Assembly: GCA_964653025.1 (NCBI GenBank)
Contig: CAZZBZ010000001.1
Coordinates: forward strand, 39,826-103,825
Direction of reading: 5' to 3'
From: an uncultured Verrucomicrobiota bacterium
Lineage (GTDB): Bacteria; Verrucomicrobiota; Verrucomicrobiia; JABWAM01
Length of the DNA: 64,000 nt
A program made the position numbers and the translations under genes. Shown here piece by piece: positions 55,430-64,000 of this stretch (position 1 is the stretch's first letter; each line of letters opens with the position of its first letter). The notes under the pieces were generated by a model, which saw nothing but the letters and a program-made list of their open reading frames with translations, ran no database searches and was not told where the DNA came from.

Positions 55430-56914
55430 TCACTTGCGACGTCGGACCCAGACCACGAAACCGATCGCCGCTACGGCGGCGGGAATCCCCACCACCATCG
55501 TGAGAAAAATGCCGCGACGCTGGAAGGCGTCGAGATTGAGGTTGAACTCCTGCGGGGCTTTCGCCGCGATGCCGAGGAGCTGCTGGCGCTTGAGGAGCCA
55601 GTTCACGGCGTTCATAAAGAGGTCGGCGTTGCCCCCGGTCAGGGAGTCGTTCCGGGCGAAACGACTCGATCCAAAGACCACGAGGCGCATCCCCTCGCGC
55701 TCCATCTCGCCGGCCGCGCTCGGCTCGACAGCAACCGCCACGGGCACCGGCCCCTTGCGATCCTTGTCGTCGAGTTGCGCCTTCTGGTCGCGCTGGAGTT
55801 TGCCGACATCGCTCTCCGCCCACGAACCGGCCGGGGTGCGCACCAGCACGGTCACGCGGCGGGCGGGATCGTTCGCGGAGGCGGCGTCCACGGAACGAGC
55901 CAAGGGGAGAAAGGTGGCGATCTCCTCCTTGCGAAGACTGTCGGTTACAGGATGCGTGCCGTAATCGGCGCAGGGAACGCTGGTGAGAAGGGCCTCGCCC
56001 CCGAGGCGGTCGCGGATACGGATGAGGAGGACATCGTTGCCGGCCCTTACCCCATGGTCGACAAGAAGCTTCTCGATGCCGGTGTCGTAGCGGAAGCCGT
56101 CGAGCAGGAGCAGGACACGACCATTCGCCGCGAGGAAGTCGGCAATCGCCCTGATCTCGAAGTCGGCGAAAGGCTTCTGGGGGCCGCAGACGATGAGCAC
56201 ATCGCAGTCCTTCGGTACGCTCTGGGCGGTGGCAAGATTGAGCTTCTCGACTCGCAGGTTGTCGCGGCGGAGAAGGGTGGAGACCTTCGAAAAACCGGTC
56301 TTGGGTTCAAAGTCGTCGAAACTCCCCTCCCCGTGCCCCTCGAGGAAGCAGACCTTCGCCTGTTTCTCCTCGAGGACGTTCTGGATCGCGGAGGTGAACT
56401 GCTGCTCCCCCTTGAAGGCACGAATCCTCCCGCCTCCGCCGCCCATGGGCGACGAGCGATCGAACTCCACGAGGTCGGTTACCTGCACGAACTTGTTGCG
56501 GCTCTTGTGAACGAAGACCACCACGTTCGGGACGCGTACACCGTACTCCTTGGCCAGCTTCTCGGCATTGAGGGGATCGCGATCCGGATCCACGTAGCGA
56601 ACCTTCACCTGCTTCGAGAGGTTGCCGTACTCGGCGAGCAGGTTCTGGACGTCGTCGAAAACCTTCTGGGTGATCGGGTCGCGGCTGTCGGGCTGGAAGA
56701 AGACGATGATCTCAACCGGGGCGCGGAGGCTCTTCACGAGCTCGACCGTCTTGCCGGAGAGCTTGTAGTAGTCGCTCTTGGAGAGGTCGAGTTTCGACGG
56801 GTGCCAGCGCTGGATGCCAAGGTTGGCGAAAACCACCAGGGCCCCCGCGAGGAGGACCTGGAGGACGACATTGAAGCCGATCGCAAAGCGGCGGGGAGCA
56901 GAGCCTTTGTCCAT
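55430..56914 (-). CDS. GldG-like ABC-transporter auxiliary (substrate-binding-like) component
   Basis: 494 aa. N-terminal TM (FNVVLQVLLAGALVVFANL), large periplasmic domain, C-terminal TM (GIFLTMVVGIPAAVAAIGFVVWV). Architecture typical of GldG. Confidence 0.7.
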   Translation of the reverse strand: MDKGSAPRRFAIGFNVVLQVLLAGALVVFANLGIQRWHPSKLDLSKSDYYKLSGKTVELVKSLRAPVEIIVFFQPDSRDPITQKVFDDVQNLLAEYGNLSKQVKVRYVDPDRDPLNAEKLAKEYGVRVPNVVVFVHKSRNKFVQVTDLVEFDRSSPMGGGGGRIRAFKGEQQFTSAIQNVLEEKQAKVCFLEGHGEGSFDDFEPKTGFSKVSTLLRRDNLRVEKLNLATAQSVPKDCDVLIVCGPQKPFADFEIRAIADFLAANGRVLLLLDGFRYDTGIEKLLVDHGVRAGNDVLLIRIRDRLGGEALLTSVPCADYGTHPVTDSLRKEEIATFLPLARSVDAASANDPARRVTVLVRTPAGSWAESDVGKLQRDQKAQLDDKDRKGPVPVAVAVEPSAAGEMEREGMRLVVFGSSRFARNDSLTGGNADLFMNAVNWLLKRQQLLGIAAKAPQEFNLNLDAFQRRGIFLTMVVGIPAAVAAIGFVVWVRRRK

Positions 56915-56939
56915 GTTCGAATGAAGTTGAGAAATTTGG

Positions 56940-57689
56940 TCAGGTCTTCCACTGGCGCGACTGCACGATGCGGTGCGTCACAAAAAGGAAGAAGCCGGTG
57001 CCGGTAAAGTAGAAGACGACCCGCTTCCACTCCACCACCCCGCGGGAAAGCTCCTGCATGTGGGCAAGGATCGAGAAGGACTCAAAAAACTCACGACTCT
57101 GACCGGCGGCGTTCAGATAGAAGTAGATGCCGGCAAAGAACAGTCCGCAGCTCATCGCGAATGAAATCACGGCCGCGATGATCTGGTTGCGCGTGCTCGC
57201 CGAAGCCATGCATCCGATCGCCACGAGAAGCATCCCCATCATGAACAGCCCGAAATAGCCCCCCGCCACGGGGCCGATGTCCAGCGGGGTCTTATCGTGC
57301 GAGAAGTGGCGCAACACCCAGACGTAAGCCAGGGTCGGCAGCCAGATCAGGCAGAAGAAAAAGAGGCCGCTCAGGAACTTTGCCGCCACGTACTCCGCAT
57401 CGCGCAACGGGGCGGTCATCAGCGCCTCAATCGTACCCGTGCGCTTCTCGTCCGCGAAAAGCCGCATGGTGATCACCGGCGGCACGACCAGCAGGATGAT
57501 CCAGGTGAACATCCCGTTGAAGAACCACATCAGCGGCGTGTAATCGCTCGGGCCCTCCGTCAGGATCGTCACGATCATATTGAAACTGATGCCCGTCAGA
57601 CCCAGCACGCACACCCCCACGATATAGGCGATCGGGGAACAGAAATACGCGAGCAACTCGCGCCTGAACAGGATGGCAACGTTTCTCAT
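56940..57689 (-). CDS. ABC-2-type transporter permease (GldF-like)
   Basis: 249 aa, 6 TM helices. ABC-2 permease pattern with the conserved EKR.GT.E.L.. motif (ADEKRTGTIEALMTAPL). Confidence 0.75.
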   Translation of the reverse strand: MRNVAILFRRELLAYFCSPIAYIVGVCVLGLTGISFNMIVTILTEGPSDYTPLMWFFNGMFTWIILLVVPPVITMRLFADEKRTGTIEALMTAPLRDAEYVAAKFLSGLFFFCLIWLPTLAYVWVLRHFSHDKTPLDIGPVAGGYFGLFMMGMLLVAIGCMASASTRNQIIAAVISFAMSCGLFFAGIYFYLNAAGQSREFFESFSILAHMQELSRGVVEWKRVVFYFTGTGFFLFVTHRIVQSRQWKT

Positions 57690-57693
57690 AATC

Positions 57694-58629
57694 CTAGTCG
57701 TCTTCCGTGGTGATTTGGACGAAGACGTCCTCGAGAGTCTGGTGGCGGCGTGTCAACTCGCGGATTCCCCAACCGCGCCCGCGGGCTGCCGCGGCCGCCG
57801 CCTCACGCAGGTCTTCCTCGCGCTGGGGATGCACCGTCACGCGACAGTACCCACCCTCGAGCGTCTCGGCGTCCGCGCCGCGCGCGCCGGGGAGAATCCC
57901 GAGTGCCGCTTTCGCCGCCTGCGCTTCAGCGCGCAGTTCGATCACCGTCTCGCCCCCTCCCATGCGAAGTCGCTTGAGGTTCTCCGGCGTGTCGCTGGCC
58001 ACAATCTTTCCACGGTTGATGATCAACACCCGCGAGCACGTCATTTCCACCTCGGTCAGGATATGTGTCGAGAGGAGCACCGTGTGCGTGCGCGCGAGGT
58101 CCTTGATCATTGCGCGCACCTGGCGGATCTGGTTCGGGTCGAGCCCGATCGTCGGCTCGTCGAGAATGATCAACTCGGGGTCGTGGACGAGCGCGTCCGC
58201 GAGCCCGACGCGCTGGCGGTAGCCCTTGGAAAGTTGGCCGATAATTTTACGGGTAACGTCGGCGATGCCACAGCGCTCGCTCACCTCCTGCACGCGCGCC
58301 TTGCGCCGCGAACGCGGCACCCCCTTGAGCGCCGCGCGGAAGTGCAGGTACTCGCAAACCCGCATCTCGGGATAGAGCGGGACATTCTCGGGCATGTAAC
58401 CAATGCGGCGACGCACCTCCAGCGGCTGCTGGTGGATGTCGAAGCCGGCCACGATCGCCGTGCCCGAGGTCGCCGGCATGAAGCAGGAAAGCATGCGCAT
58501 CGTCGTGCTCTTCCCTGCCCCGTTCGGGCCGAGGAAGCCGACGATTTCGCCCTTCTGGACGGAAAAGGTGAGGCCATGGACCGCCGTAAAACCCGCGTAA
58601 CGCTTGACGAGATTGTCGACCTGGATCAT
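57694..58629 (-). CDS. ABC transporter ATP-binding protein (GldA-like)
   Basis: Walker A GPNGAGKST. Signature LSKGYRQRVGLA. Walker B LIILDEPTIGLD. H-loop. 311 aa. Confidence 0.9.
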   Translation of the reverse strand: MIQVDNLVKRYAGFTAVHGLTFSVQKGEIVGFLGPNGAGKSTTMRMLSCFMPATSGTAIVAGFDIHQQPLEVRRRIGYMPENVPLYPEMRVCEYLHFRAALKGVPRSRRKARVQEVSERCGIADVTRKIIGQLSKGYRQRVGLADALVHDPELIILDEPTIGLDPNQIRQVRAMIKDLARTHTVLLSTHILTEVEMTCSRVLIINRGKIVASDTPENLKRLRMGGGETVIELRAEAQAAKAALGILPGARGADAETLEGGYCRVTVHPQREEDLREAAAAAARGRGWGIRELTRRHQTLEDVFVQITTEDD

Positions 58630-58739
58630 GGGATGAAGGGCGGAATGAAAACTCGAAGTATGGAGAAAATTGTGCGCCAGTCAAGATCCTTGCCGTTCGC
58701 GCTTGAACGCCCCAGCGCAGGGCTGGTACAAGCCCCGTC

Positions 58740-59783
58740 ATGTCACGCAACGGAATTCTCGCCGCCGGCAACTGGATCGTGGACCGCATCAAGACCGTGG
58801 ATCGCTGGCCGGAGCAGGATGCCCTCGCCCTGATCGAGAGCGAGGGGCGGGGCAGTGGGGGCTCGCCCTTCAATCTTCTCCTCGGGCTGTCGCGCCTCAA
58901 GGCGGGCCTCCCCCTCGATGGCATCGGGCTCGTGGGCGACGATGCGGACGGAGTCTTTATCCTCGATGAGTGCCGCAAGGCCGGTGTGGGCATCCGCTTC
59001 CTCCGCAAGCTGCCCGGGCAGCCCACTTCCTACACTGACGTGATGACGGTGAAGTCCACCGGCCGCCGCACCTTCTTCCACAACCACGGTGCCAACGCGT
59101 TCCTGGCCGAGCCGCACTTTGACCCGGACGCCTCGAACGCCCGCATCTTTCACCTGGGATATCTTCTCCTCCTGAACTCGCTCGACATGCCTGATCCGGA
59201 GTTCGGCACGCGGGCGGCCCGGGTCCTCGCGCGGTACCGCGGGGCCGGCTTCAAGACGAGCGTGGACGTGGTCAGCGAGCTTTCCGACCGGTTCGGTCGC
59301 GTGGTGGCGCCCGCCCTGCCGCAGGTGGATTACCTCATCCTGAACGAACTCGAGGCGGGGCACACCACGGGCATCCCCCTACGCCAAGGTGAAAAGATCG
59401 ACGATGCCGCCCTACCGCGCGCGGCCCAAGCGTTGTTCGAGATGGGAGTCCGCGAATGGGTGATCATCCATTTTCCCGACGGGGCCTTCGCGCGCTCGCG
59501 ATCGGGCGAGGAGTTCGCCTCGCGGTCCTTCGAGTACCCGGAGGGATGGATTCGCAGCACCGTGGGCGCGGGAGATGCCTTTTGCGGCGGCGTACTTTAC
59601 GGACTCCACGAGGGCTGGGGAATGCAGGCGTGCCTCCGTCTCGGTGCGTGTAGCGCAGCTGCCAGCCTTTCGCACTCCACGTGCACCGAGGGAATTCTCC
59701 CCCTGAAGGAGACGCTCGCCCTGGCGGATCGCTTCCCCCCTCGTCATCTTTTCCCACTTTCCTCAGCGCGCCTCCTCATGTAG
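58740..59783 (+). CDS. PfkB-family carbohydrate kinase (ribokinase-like)
   Basis: N-terminal ribokinase-fold region. C-terminal anion-hole motif STVGAGDAFCGGVLYGL. Confidence 0.8.
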   Translation: MSRNGILAAGNWIVDRIKTVDRWPEQDALALIESEGRGSGGSPFNLLLGLSRLKAGLPLDGIGLVGDDADGVFILDECRKAGVGIRFLRKLPGQPTSYTDVMTVKSTGRRTFFHNHGANAFLAEPHFDPDASNARIFHLGYLLLLNSLDMPDPEFGTRAARVLARYRGAGFKTSVDVVSELSDRFGRVVAPALPQVDYLILNELEAGHTTGIPLRQGEKIDDAALPRAAQALFEMGVREWVIIHFPDGAFARSRSGEEFASRSFEYPEGWIRSTVGAGDAFCGGVLYGLHEGWGMQACLRLGACSAAASLSHSTCTEGILPLKETLALADRFPPRHLFPLSSARLLM

Positions 59784-59793
59784 GTTGTCATCC

Positions 59794-61623
59794 ATGGCGT
59801 TCCGTTTTCCGTTCTCCAAGTCAAAGGAACCGTTGCCGACGGCGTCTTCGGCCCCGCCCTCGCTCCCGCCCGCGGCGATCCCGAAATCATCCCTCCAGCC
59901 GCCTCAGTTGGTCGCCGCTCCCTCCTCCACCATGGTTCGCCCCTTGAACCAGGTGAAAGCGATCGTTCCCGGTCAGGGCACCCTCGCCACCGCACTGAAA
60001 GCCGCCACCGCCCAGCCCCCGCCCATCGTCTCGGGAGGATCCCAATCCGCGGTATTCAAGCCCAGGGTCAACGTCACCCTCGGGAGAGCAGTTCCTCCCG
60101 CCACGACGATTCCCCGCTTGCCCTCGACCAACGCGGAAACCCCGCCATCTTCCGGATCGGATGCCCCCTCCTCCATTGATTTTTCGTTCGCGGATCTCGC
60201 ACCCCTCCTCCCCGACAACCTCGTGCTCGCCAGTGCTCCGCACGGCACGCTCCCCACCACCGTTTCCATCCCCATGTCGGAGATCCTTCCCCAGCTTGCC
60301 ACGGGCAAGGTGCAGGTCCACCTCTCCTCGATCACCCATGGGATCCCGCCCGAGGCCATCGACCCCGCGATCGCATCCAGCGGGGATATCCGCATCAAGA
60401 TTCCCCTGCACCTGATCATCCCCAGGCTTCCTGCCTCGGCGATCTCGCTTCCTTCCTCCCAGTCCAAGCAGGAACTCGATCCCAAAATCGCCGCTCCCTT
60501 TACCGAGCGGGACGCCTCACACGCCGCCACCACGCCACCGGCCGACTCCCCCGAAGCTGCGCCGCCCACGGCTCCCGTCCAGATCCAACCCCTCCCGCCG
60601 CGCGCACCGGTGCCTCCTCCATCGAAACCCGTGCGGGCGACCCCCCCCCCGGCCCTTCCTTCCGCAACGCCAAAGCCGTTCGTGGCCCCAACGACACCGT
60701 CCGCAGGCGTCGGCCCGACCCTCCTCGCACCTTCCGGCCTCAAACTTCCCTCGATTCCGAAGCCTCCCAGTCCGTCTCCGTCACCCGCCGTACGCCCCCC
60801 GGTTCCTGCCGTTCCACCGATCTCCACCACGCCCAGATCCGTCTCCATCCCCCCGTGCCCCCCGGCCGCCATGCCCGCTCCCGCGGCTCCCAGGACCGCA
60901 ATCGCCCCAATCCTCTCGCCCGCCGCCGCCCCACGCGCAATGCCGACGCTCCGATCCTCTCAGCCTCCCGCGGTGCCGAGACCCCTTTTAATCCCGCCCG
61001 CTCCGCCGGCCGCGATGCCGGTCTCCGTACCTCCCCTGAACATCAAGCTCCCGCCAATACGGACCGCTCCGACCCCACCGATCTCGGCCCCCTCGATTTC
61101 GACCCCATCGCTCCCGAAGAGTGCACCGCTCACGCCCGAGGCATTTCTTGCTCCGAAACCCTTGCCCCGCCCCTCGAAGGTCATCGCCGTGGCCCCCCCA
61201 GGCAAGGAGGAACCCTCGATCCTCCAGTTGTTGGGCCTGCCGGCAACGCAAACGTTCCGCCTGCAGGACCTCGTGGAGTTGGCGCGCCAAAAGCTCGACG
61301 TCCCCGGCCTCCTCGTTGCCGCACAGGACGGCCTCCCACTCGCCGGCAAGATGCCGGAGGGACTCGACGCGAACGCGTGGAGCGGGATCGGGCCGCAACT
61401 CTTCCGTAAGTTCAGCCATGAGGGCAAGGCCCTCGAACTCGAAAAGCCGCGCCGCTGCCTCCTCGGCCTCGGACCAAACTGGTTCACCCTCTGGAGCGAG
61501 CAGGGCATCTACCTGATTTGCTGCCACGGCGCCGAGAAGGTAAACCCCGAGTTTGACCAGGCCAGCTCGATGCTGGCCGCCGGGCTCGCCCGCTTCTGCA
61601 AGCAGCACGCCACCGCGGCGTAG
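59794..61623 (+). CDS. Proline/alanine/serine-rich low-complexity protein (~450 aa) with a C-terminal Roadblock/LC7-like (MglB/MglC-like) domain
   Basis: Long PxxP-rich region (PPAAMPAPAAP ..., SPSPSPAVRPPVPAVPP ...). C-terminal about 130 aa (LVELARQKLDVPGLLVAAQDGLPLAGKMPEG ... WFTLWSEQGIYLICCHGAEKV) has a roadblock-like alternation. Sits immediately upstream of mglA. Start taken at ATG 59794 (the raw ORF begins at TTG 59785). Confidence 0.5.
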   Translation: MAFRFPFSKSKEPLPTASSAPPSLPPAAIPKSSLQPPQLVAAPSSTMVRPLNQVKAIVPGQGTLATALKAATAQPPPIVSGGSQSAVFKPRVNVTLGRAVPPATTIPRLPSTNAETPPSSGSDAPSSIDFSFADLAPLLPDNLVLASAPHGTLPTTVSIPMSEILPQLATGKVQVHLSSITHGIPPEAIDPAIASSGDIRIKIPLHLIIPRLPASAISLPSSQSKQELDPKIAAPFTERDASHAATTPPADSPEAAPPTAPVQIQPLPPRAPVPPPSKPVRATPPPALPSATPKPFVAPTTPSAGVGPTLLAPSGLKLPSIPKPPSPSPSPAVRPPVPAVPPISTTPRSVSIPPCPPAAMPAPAAPRTAIAPILSPAAAPRAMPTLRSSQPPAVPRPLLIPPAPPAAMPVSVPPLNIKLPPIRTAPTPPISAPSISTPSLPKSAPLTPEAFLAPKPLPRPSKVIAVAPPGKEEPSILQLLGLPATQTFRLQDLVELARQKLDVPGLLVAAQDGLPLAGKMPEGLDANAWSGIGPQLFRKFSHEGKALELEKPRRCLLGLGPNWFTLWSEQGIYLICCHGAEKVNPEFDQASSMLAAGLARFCKQHATAA

Positions 61624-61633
61624 CCAATCCGCC

Positions 61634-62278
61634 ATGTCGATCATCAACTACGGCAGCAAGGAGATTCAGTTCAAGATCGTCTACTACGGTCCCTCGCTGT
61701 GCGGAAAGACGACCAACCTGCAGTACATCCACTCCCAGGCCGCCCCGGAGAATAAGGGCGACATGGTCTCTCTCGCCACCGCCGCCGACCGCACCCTCTT
61801 CTTCGACTTTCTCCCGCTGAACGCCATCGCGATCAAGGGCTTTCGCACCAAGTTTCAGCTCTACACCGTCCCCGGGCAGGTCATTTACAACACCACCCGC
61901 CAACTCGTCCTCCGCAGCGTGGACGGCATTGTCTTCGTGGCTGACTCCCAGTGGGAAAAAATGGAGGAGAACATCGAAAGTTTCCGAAACTTCGAGGAGA
62001 ACCTTCTCAAGCAGAACACCTCCCTCGACGACGTCCCTTACATCCTCCAGTACAACAAACGCGACCTCCCGAACGTGGCGCCCGTCAACTACATGGAGTA
62101 CGTGCTCAACAACCGGACCATGCGCGTGCAGTCGTTCGAATCCTCGGCTGCGACCGGCCAGAACGTCTTCGCCTCCCTCAACGCGATTTCTCGCCTGCTG
62201 CTTTTTAAGTTCACCCGGGAAAGCGACCTCGCCGACAAACGTTCCAAAACCACCGTGCTCATGTCCACGGTCCGCTGA
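61634..62278 (+). CDS. mglA: Ras-like small GTPase MglA (gliding-motility/polarity GTPase)
   Basis: [35 protein letters not shown] ... [11 protein letters not shown] ... LYTVPGQV ... [10 protein letters not shown] ... QYNKRDLPN is near-colinear with Myxococcus xanthus MglA ([35 protein letters not shown] ...). About 20-aa C-terminal extension. Confidence 0.9.
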   Translation: [214 protein letters not shown]

Positions 62279-62282
62279 CCCC

Positions 62283-62759
62283 ATGGAGACCATCCCGTTT
62301 CTCACCAAGGAAGATGTCGCCGAGATCGACAGCCTTCTCGGCGACTACCTCCAGAAGTCCGACGCCAACTTCACGATCGTGATCGATCGCGGGGGCACCG
62401 TGATCGCCCAGTGCGGTGAGGGAGAGAGCGCGGACATCACGATCATCGCCGCCCTCGCCGCCGGCTCCTTCGCCGCCACCAAGGAACTTGCCCGCCGCAT
62501 CGGGGAGTCTGAATTCAGCGCCCTCTACCACCAGGGAAGCAACTACCACATCTTCATGAGTTCGCTCGACGAGCACACGATCATCATCACTCTCTTCGAC
62601 GAGAAGACCACCGTCGGCCTCGTCCGCTTCTACACCGTCAACGTCACCCCCGCGCTCAGCACCCTCCTCGACCGACTTCGCAACCGCGGCGCATCGAACG
62701 CTCCCGAGCTTTCCGCCACCGGTGCATTGGCCCCCTTCGGCCCCGGCACCCGGAACTAA
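62283..62759 (+). CDS. mglB: MglB (Roadblock/LC7-domain GTPase-activating protein for MglA)
   Basis: 158 aa. FTIVIDRGGTVIAQCGE ... AALAAGSFAATKELARRIGESEFSALYHQGSNYHIFMSSLDEHTIIITLFDEKTTVGLVRFYT parallels M. xanthus MglB (VVFLVDKNGQLISSAG ... ASLTAGNVAAMGGLAKLIGENEFPNQFHEGAKDSLYMTIVG ... VIFDNRTSLGLVRLRI). 4-nt gap after mglA. Confidence 0.8.
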   Translation: METIPFLTKEDVAEIDSLLGDYLQKSDANFTIVIDRGGTVIAQCGEGESADITIIAALAAGSFAATKELARRIGESEFSALYHQGSNYHIFMSSLDEHTIIITLFDEKTTVGLVRFYTVNVTPALSTLLDRLRNRGASNAPELSATGALAPFGPGTRN

Positions 62760-62762
62760 CCC

Positions 62763-62900
62763 CCGATCCCGCCGTGGGCTTGCCACGCGTGGGACACAGC
62801 GGGCGACCCCATCACCACGGCCACGCCTTACCGGTAGCCCGTCGTGTCCCTACGACGGGTCTTCTCCGACAGATCCCGTGCTGGGACAGCACGGGCTACC
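62763..62900. repeat. REP/REPIN-like element, second copy: degenerate 5' part + GGTAG-CCCGTCGT-gtccct-ACGACGGG hairpin + inverted unit CCCGTGCTG-gga-CAGCACGGG-CTACC, between convergent mglB and the O-antigen-ligase-like gene
   Basis: Read directly. Stem GTCGT/ACGAC here versus GTGCT/AGCAC in the 53454-53480 copy, a compensatory double change that preserves the hairpin. Shared loop GTCCCT and 5' GGTAG. Confidence 0.7.
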
Positions 62901-63989
62901 ATGGGTAGGCGGCGGTGTCCCTTGGCAGAAAGAATTGGAGGGGCATGCTCCGTCGTGCCCGTGCGAAGCTGAGTGTTCACAAAACCCGACAGAACTGCAA
63001 CGCGCCCCGAGCGCCCCGAGCAGCACGAAGGCCGGCCACGCGTTCCCCACCAGGTAGAGATCGAAATCCACGAGCGAATGGATCGCAAAGGCCACGAGCC
63101 CGGCCCACACGAGTGTCCAGGGCCAGCGCTCTCGAACGGGGACGGTCCGCACGCGTCGCCACACGGCGAACAGGGTCCCCGGCAGCAGCACCGCGAAGGC
63201 CGCGAAACCCACGATCCCGCTATCGCACCACATCTGGAGATAGCTGTTGTGAACGAGTCGCGTATTCTCCGCATCCCACGCCTTGTAGCGGGGATAAAGT
63301 TTTGAAAAAGTGCCCGGCCCACTTCCCAGCACCGGGTAGTCCAGTCCGATCCGCCACGCGGCGCGCCAGTAATCCACCCGTGCCGAGAGGGTCCGCTTCC
63401 CCTTCTCGACCCCGCGCTGCCCGTAACCCGCCGCGAAACCGATCGTACCCAGAAGGAGAACCCCCACCGCAATCCCGATCGCCAGCCTTCGCCGAACCCC
63501 CCCCGCCAGCGAGAGGACAAGGGCGGTCGCGACCAGCGCCGCATAGCCCCCCTTCGACTGTGATTTCCAGAGGCAGAAAAGCAACGCAAGCCCCAGGGTC
63601 GTCCCAAGGGCAAGACGGAGGCGGAAGTTGCCTTCCCCTCTCCCCATCAAAACCCACGCCGCCACCAGAAAAATCGTGGTCGCCACGTACCCTCCGAGGG
63701 CATTGGGATAGACGAATGTCGCGAACACCCGCCCCCGGCTCACCCGCTCCCAGAGTTCGGGCATCCCCGCCCCCATCTCAGGGTGAGACTCGAGGAATTT
63801 CCGTGTCTCTTCCAGACCGCCAGTCGCCTGCCCGATCCCCGACCATGCCACGAGACATGCACCCACAAGCCAGCCCCCCAGCAGCCAGCGCAGCCCACGG
63901 TCGTCCCTCCCCAGCGCGCACCCGAGGACGTAGCCGACCACAAGCGATGCAAAGAGCGCCATCACCGCCCCACTCAGCGGGCGATCCAT
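62850..63989 (-). CDS. O-antigen ligase / Wzy_C-domain polymerase family membrane protein
   Basis: About 10 TM helices. Wzy_C signature ... RLVHNSYLQMWCDSGIVGFAAFAVLL ... The C-terminal ~45 aa of the ORF (Cys/Pro-rich) reads through the REP-like element and may not be genuine coding sequence. Confidence 0.65.
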   Translation of the reverse strand: MDRPLSGAVMALFASLVVGYVLGCALGRDDRGLRWLLGGWLVGACLVAWSGIGQATGGLEETRKFLESHPEMGAGMPELWERVSRGRVFATFVYPNALGGYVATTIFLVAAWVLMGRGEGNFRLRLALGTTLGLALLFCLWKSQSKGGYAALVATALVLSLAGGVRRRLAIGIAVGVLLLGTIGFAAGYGQRGVEKGKRTLSARVDYWRAAWRIGLDYPVLGSGPGTFSKLYPRYKAWDAENTRLVHNSYLQMWCDSGIVGFAAFAVLLPGTLFAVWRRVRTVPVRERWPWTLVWAGLVAFAIHSLVDFDLYLVGNAWPAFVLLGALGARCSSVGFCEHSASHGHDGACPSNSFCQGTPPPTHGSPCCPSTGSVGEDPS

Positions 63990-64000
63990 GGTAAAGGCCG

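Noticed and set aside
55091-57007. 638-aa plus-strand ORF
   Set aside because: Antisense to the gldG-like and DUF4340-like genes. No motifs.
1-64000. rRNA, tRNA or mobile-element (transposase/integrase/phage) genes
   Set aside because: No ORF showed transposase, integrase or phage hallmarks. The intergenic regions are short and filled by the repeat elements described. I could not support any tRNA cloverleaf by eye. A tRNAscan or Infernal run would be needed to exclude small RNAs definitively.

Overview
This is a high-GC bacterial chromosomal segment (roughly 64-66% GC by eye), densely packed with genes, and mostly housekeeping plus a large accessory locus. Several features suggest a Verrucomicrobia/Planctomycetes-like lineage: a prepilin-type N-terminal methylation + DUF1559 (H-X9-DG) protein, LamG proteins with a PEP-CTERM sorting signal, an exosortase/EpsI/PrsT-like locus, and Shine-Dalgarno-less, C/U-rich leaders ending in 'CCC ATG'.

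Confident housekeeping calls are pgi, trpE, pyrE, iscX, galK, a UvrD-family helicase, secDF, yajC, tgt, a P1B-4 heavy-metal ATPase, a KpsF/GutQ-type arabinose-5-phosphate isomerase, hisI, nagZ-like, asd, uvrA, terC, and a GldA/GldF/GldG-like ABC system.

The most notable region is a ~15 kb minus-strand gene cluster (34.3-49.4 kb). It couples an exosortase/EpsI/TPR (PEP-CTERM) module to an exopolysaccharide pathway. That pathway is built around two unusual multidomain membrane enzymes: a 1121-aa GH18-like + CE4 deacetylase + processive GT2 (QxxRW) synthase fusion, and an 857-aa GH-A-clan hydrolase + GT2 fusion. It also contains UDP-xylose synthase, a polyprenyl-phosphate sugar transferase, a CtpA protease and a secreted GH26-like hydrolase.

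A second notable module (58.7-62.8 kb) is a PfkB kinase, a ~600-aa Pro-rich protein with a Roadblock-like C-terminus, mglA, and mglB. This Ras-like GTPase polarity/motility module sits next to the Gld-like ABC system.

The non-coding DNA is also unusual. At least nine intergenic (or gene-tail) sites carry degenerate tandem 7-bp repeat arrays, in families GATTKSC, GTRAGCA and GAAGGCT/GCTTCNN. Two convergent-gene intergenic regions carry REP/REPIN-like GTAG-hairpin elements whose stems show compensatory base changes.

I saw no rRNA, no tRNA that I could support, no CRISPR array, and no transposase or integrase in this window.
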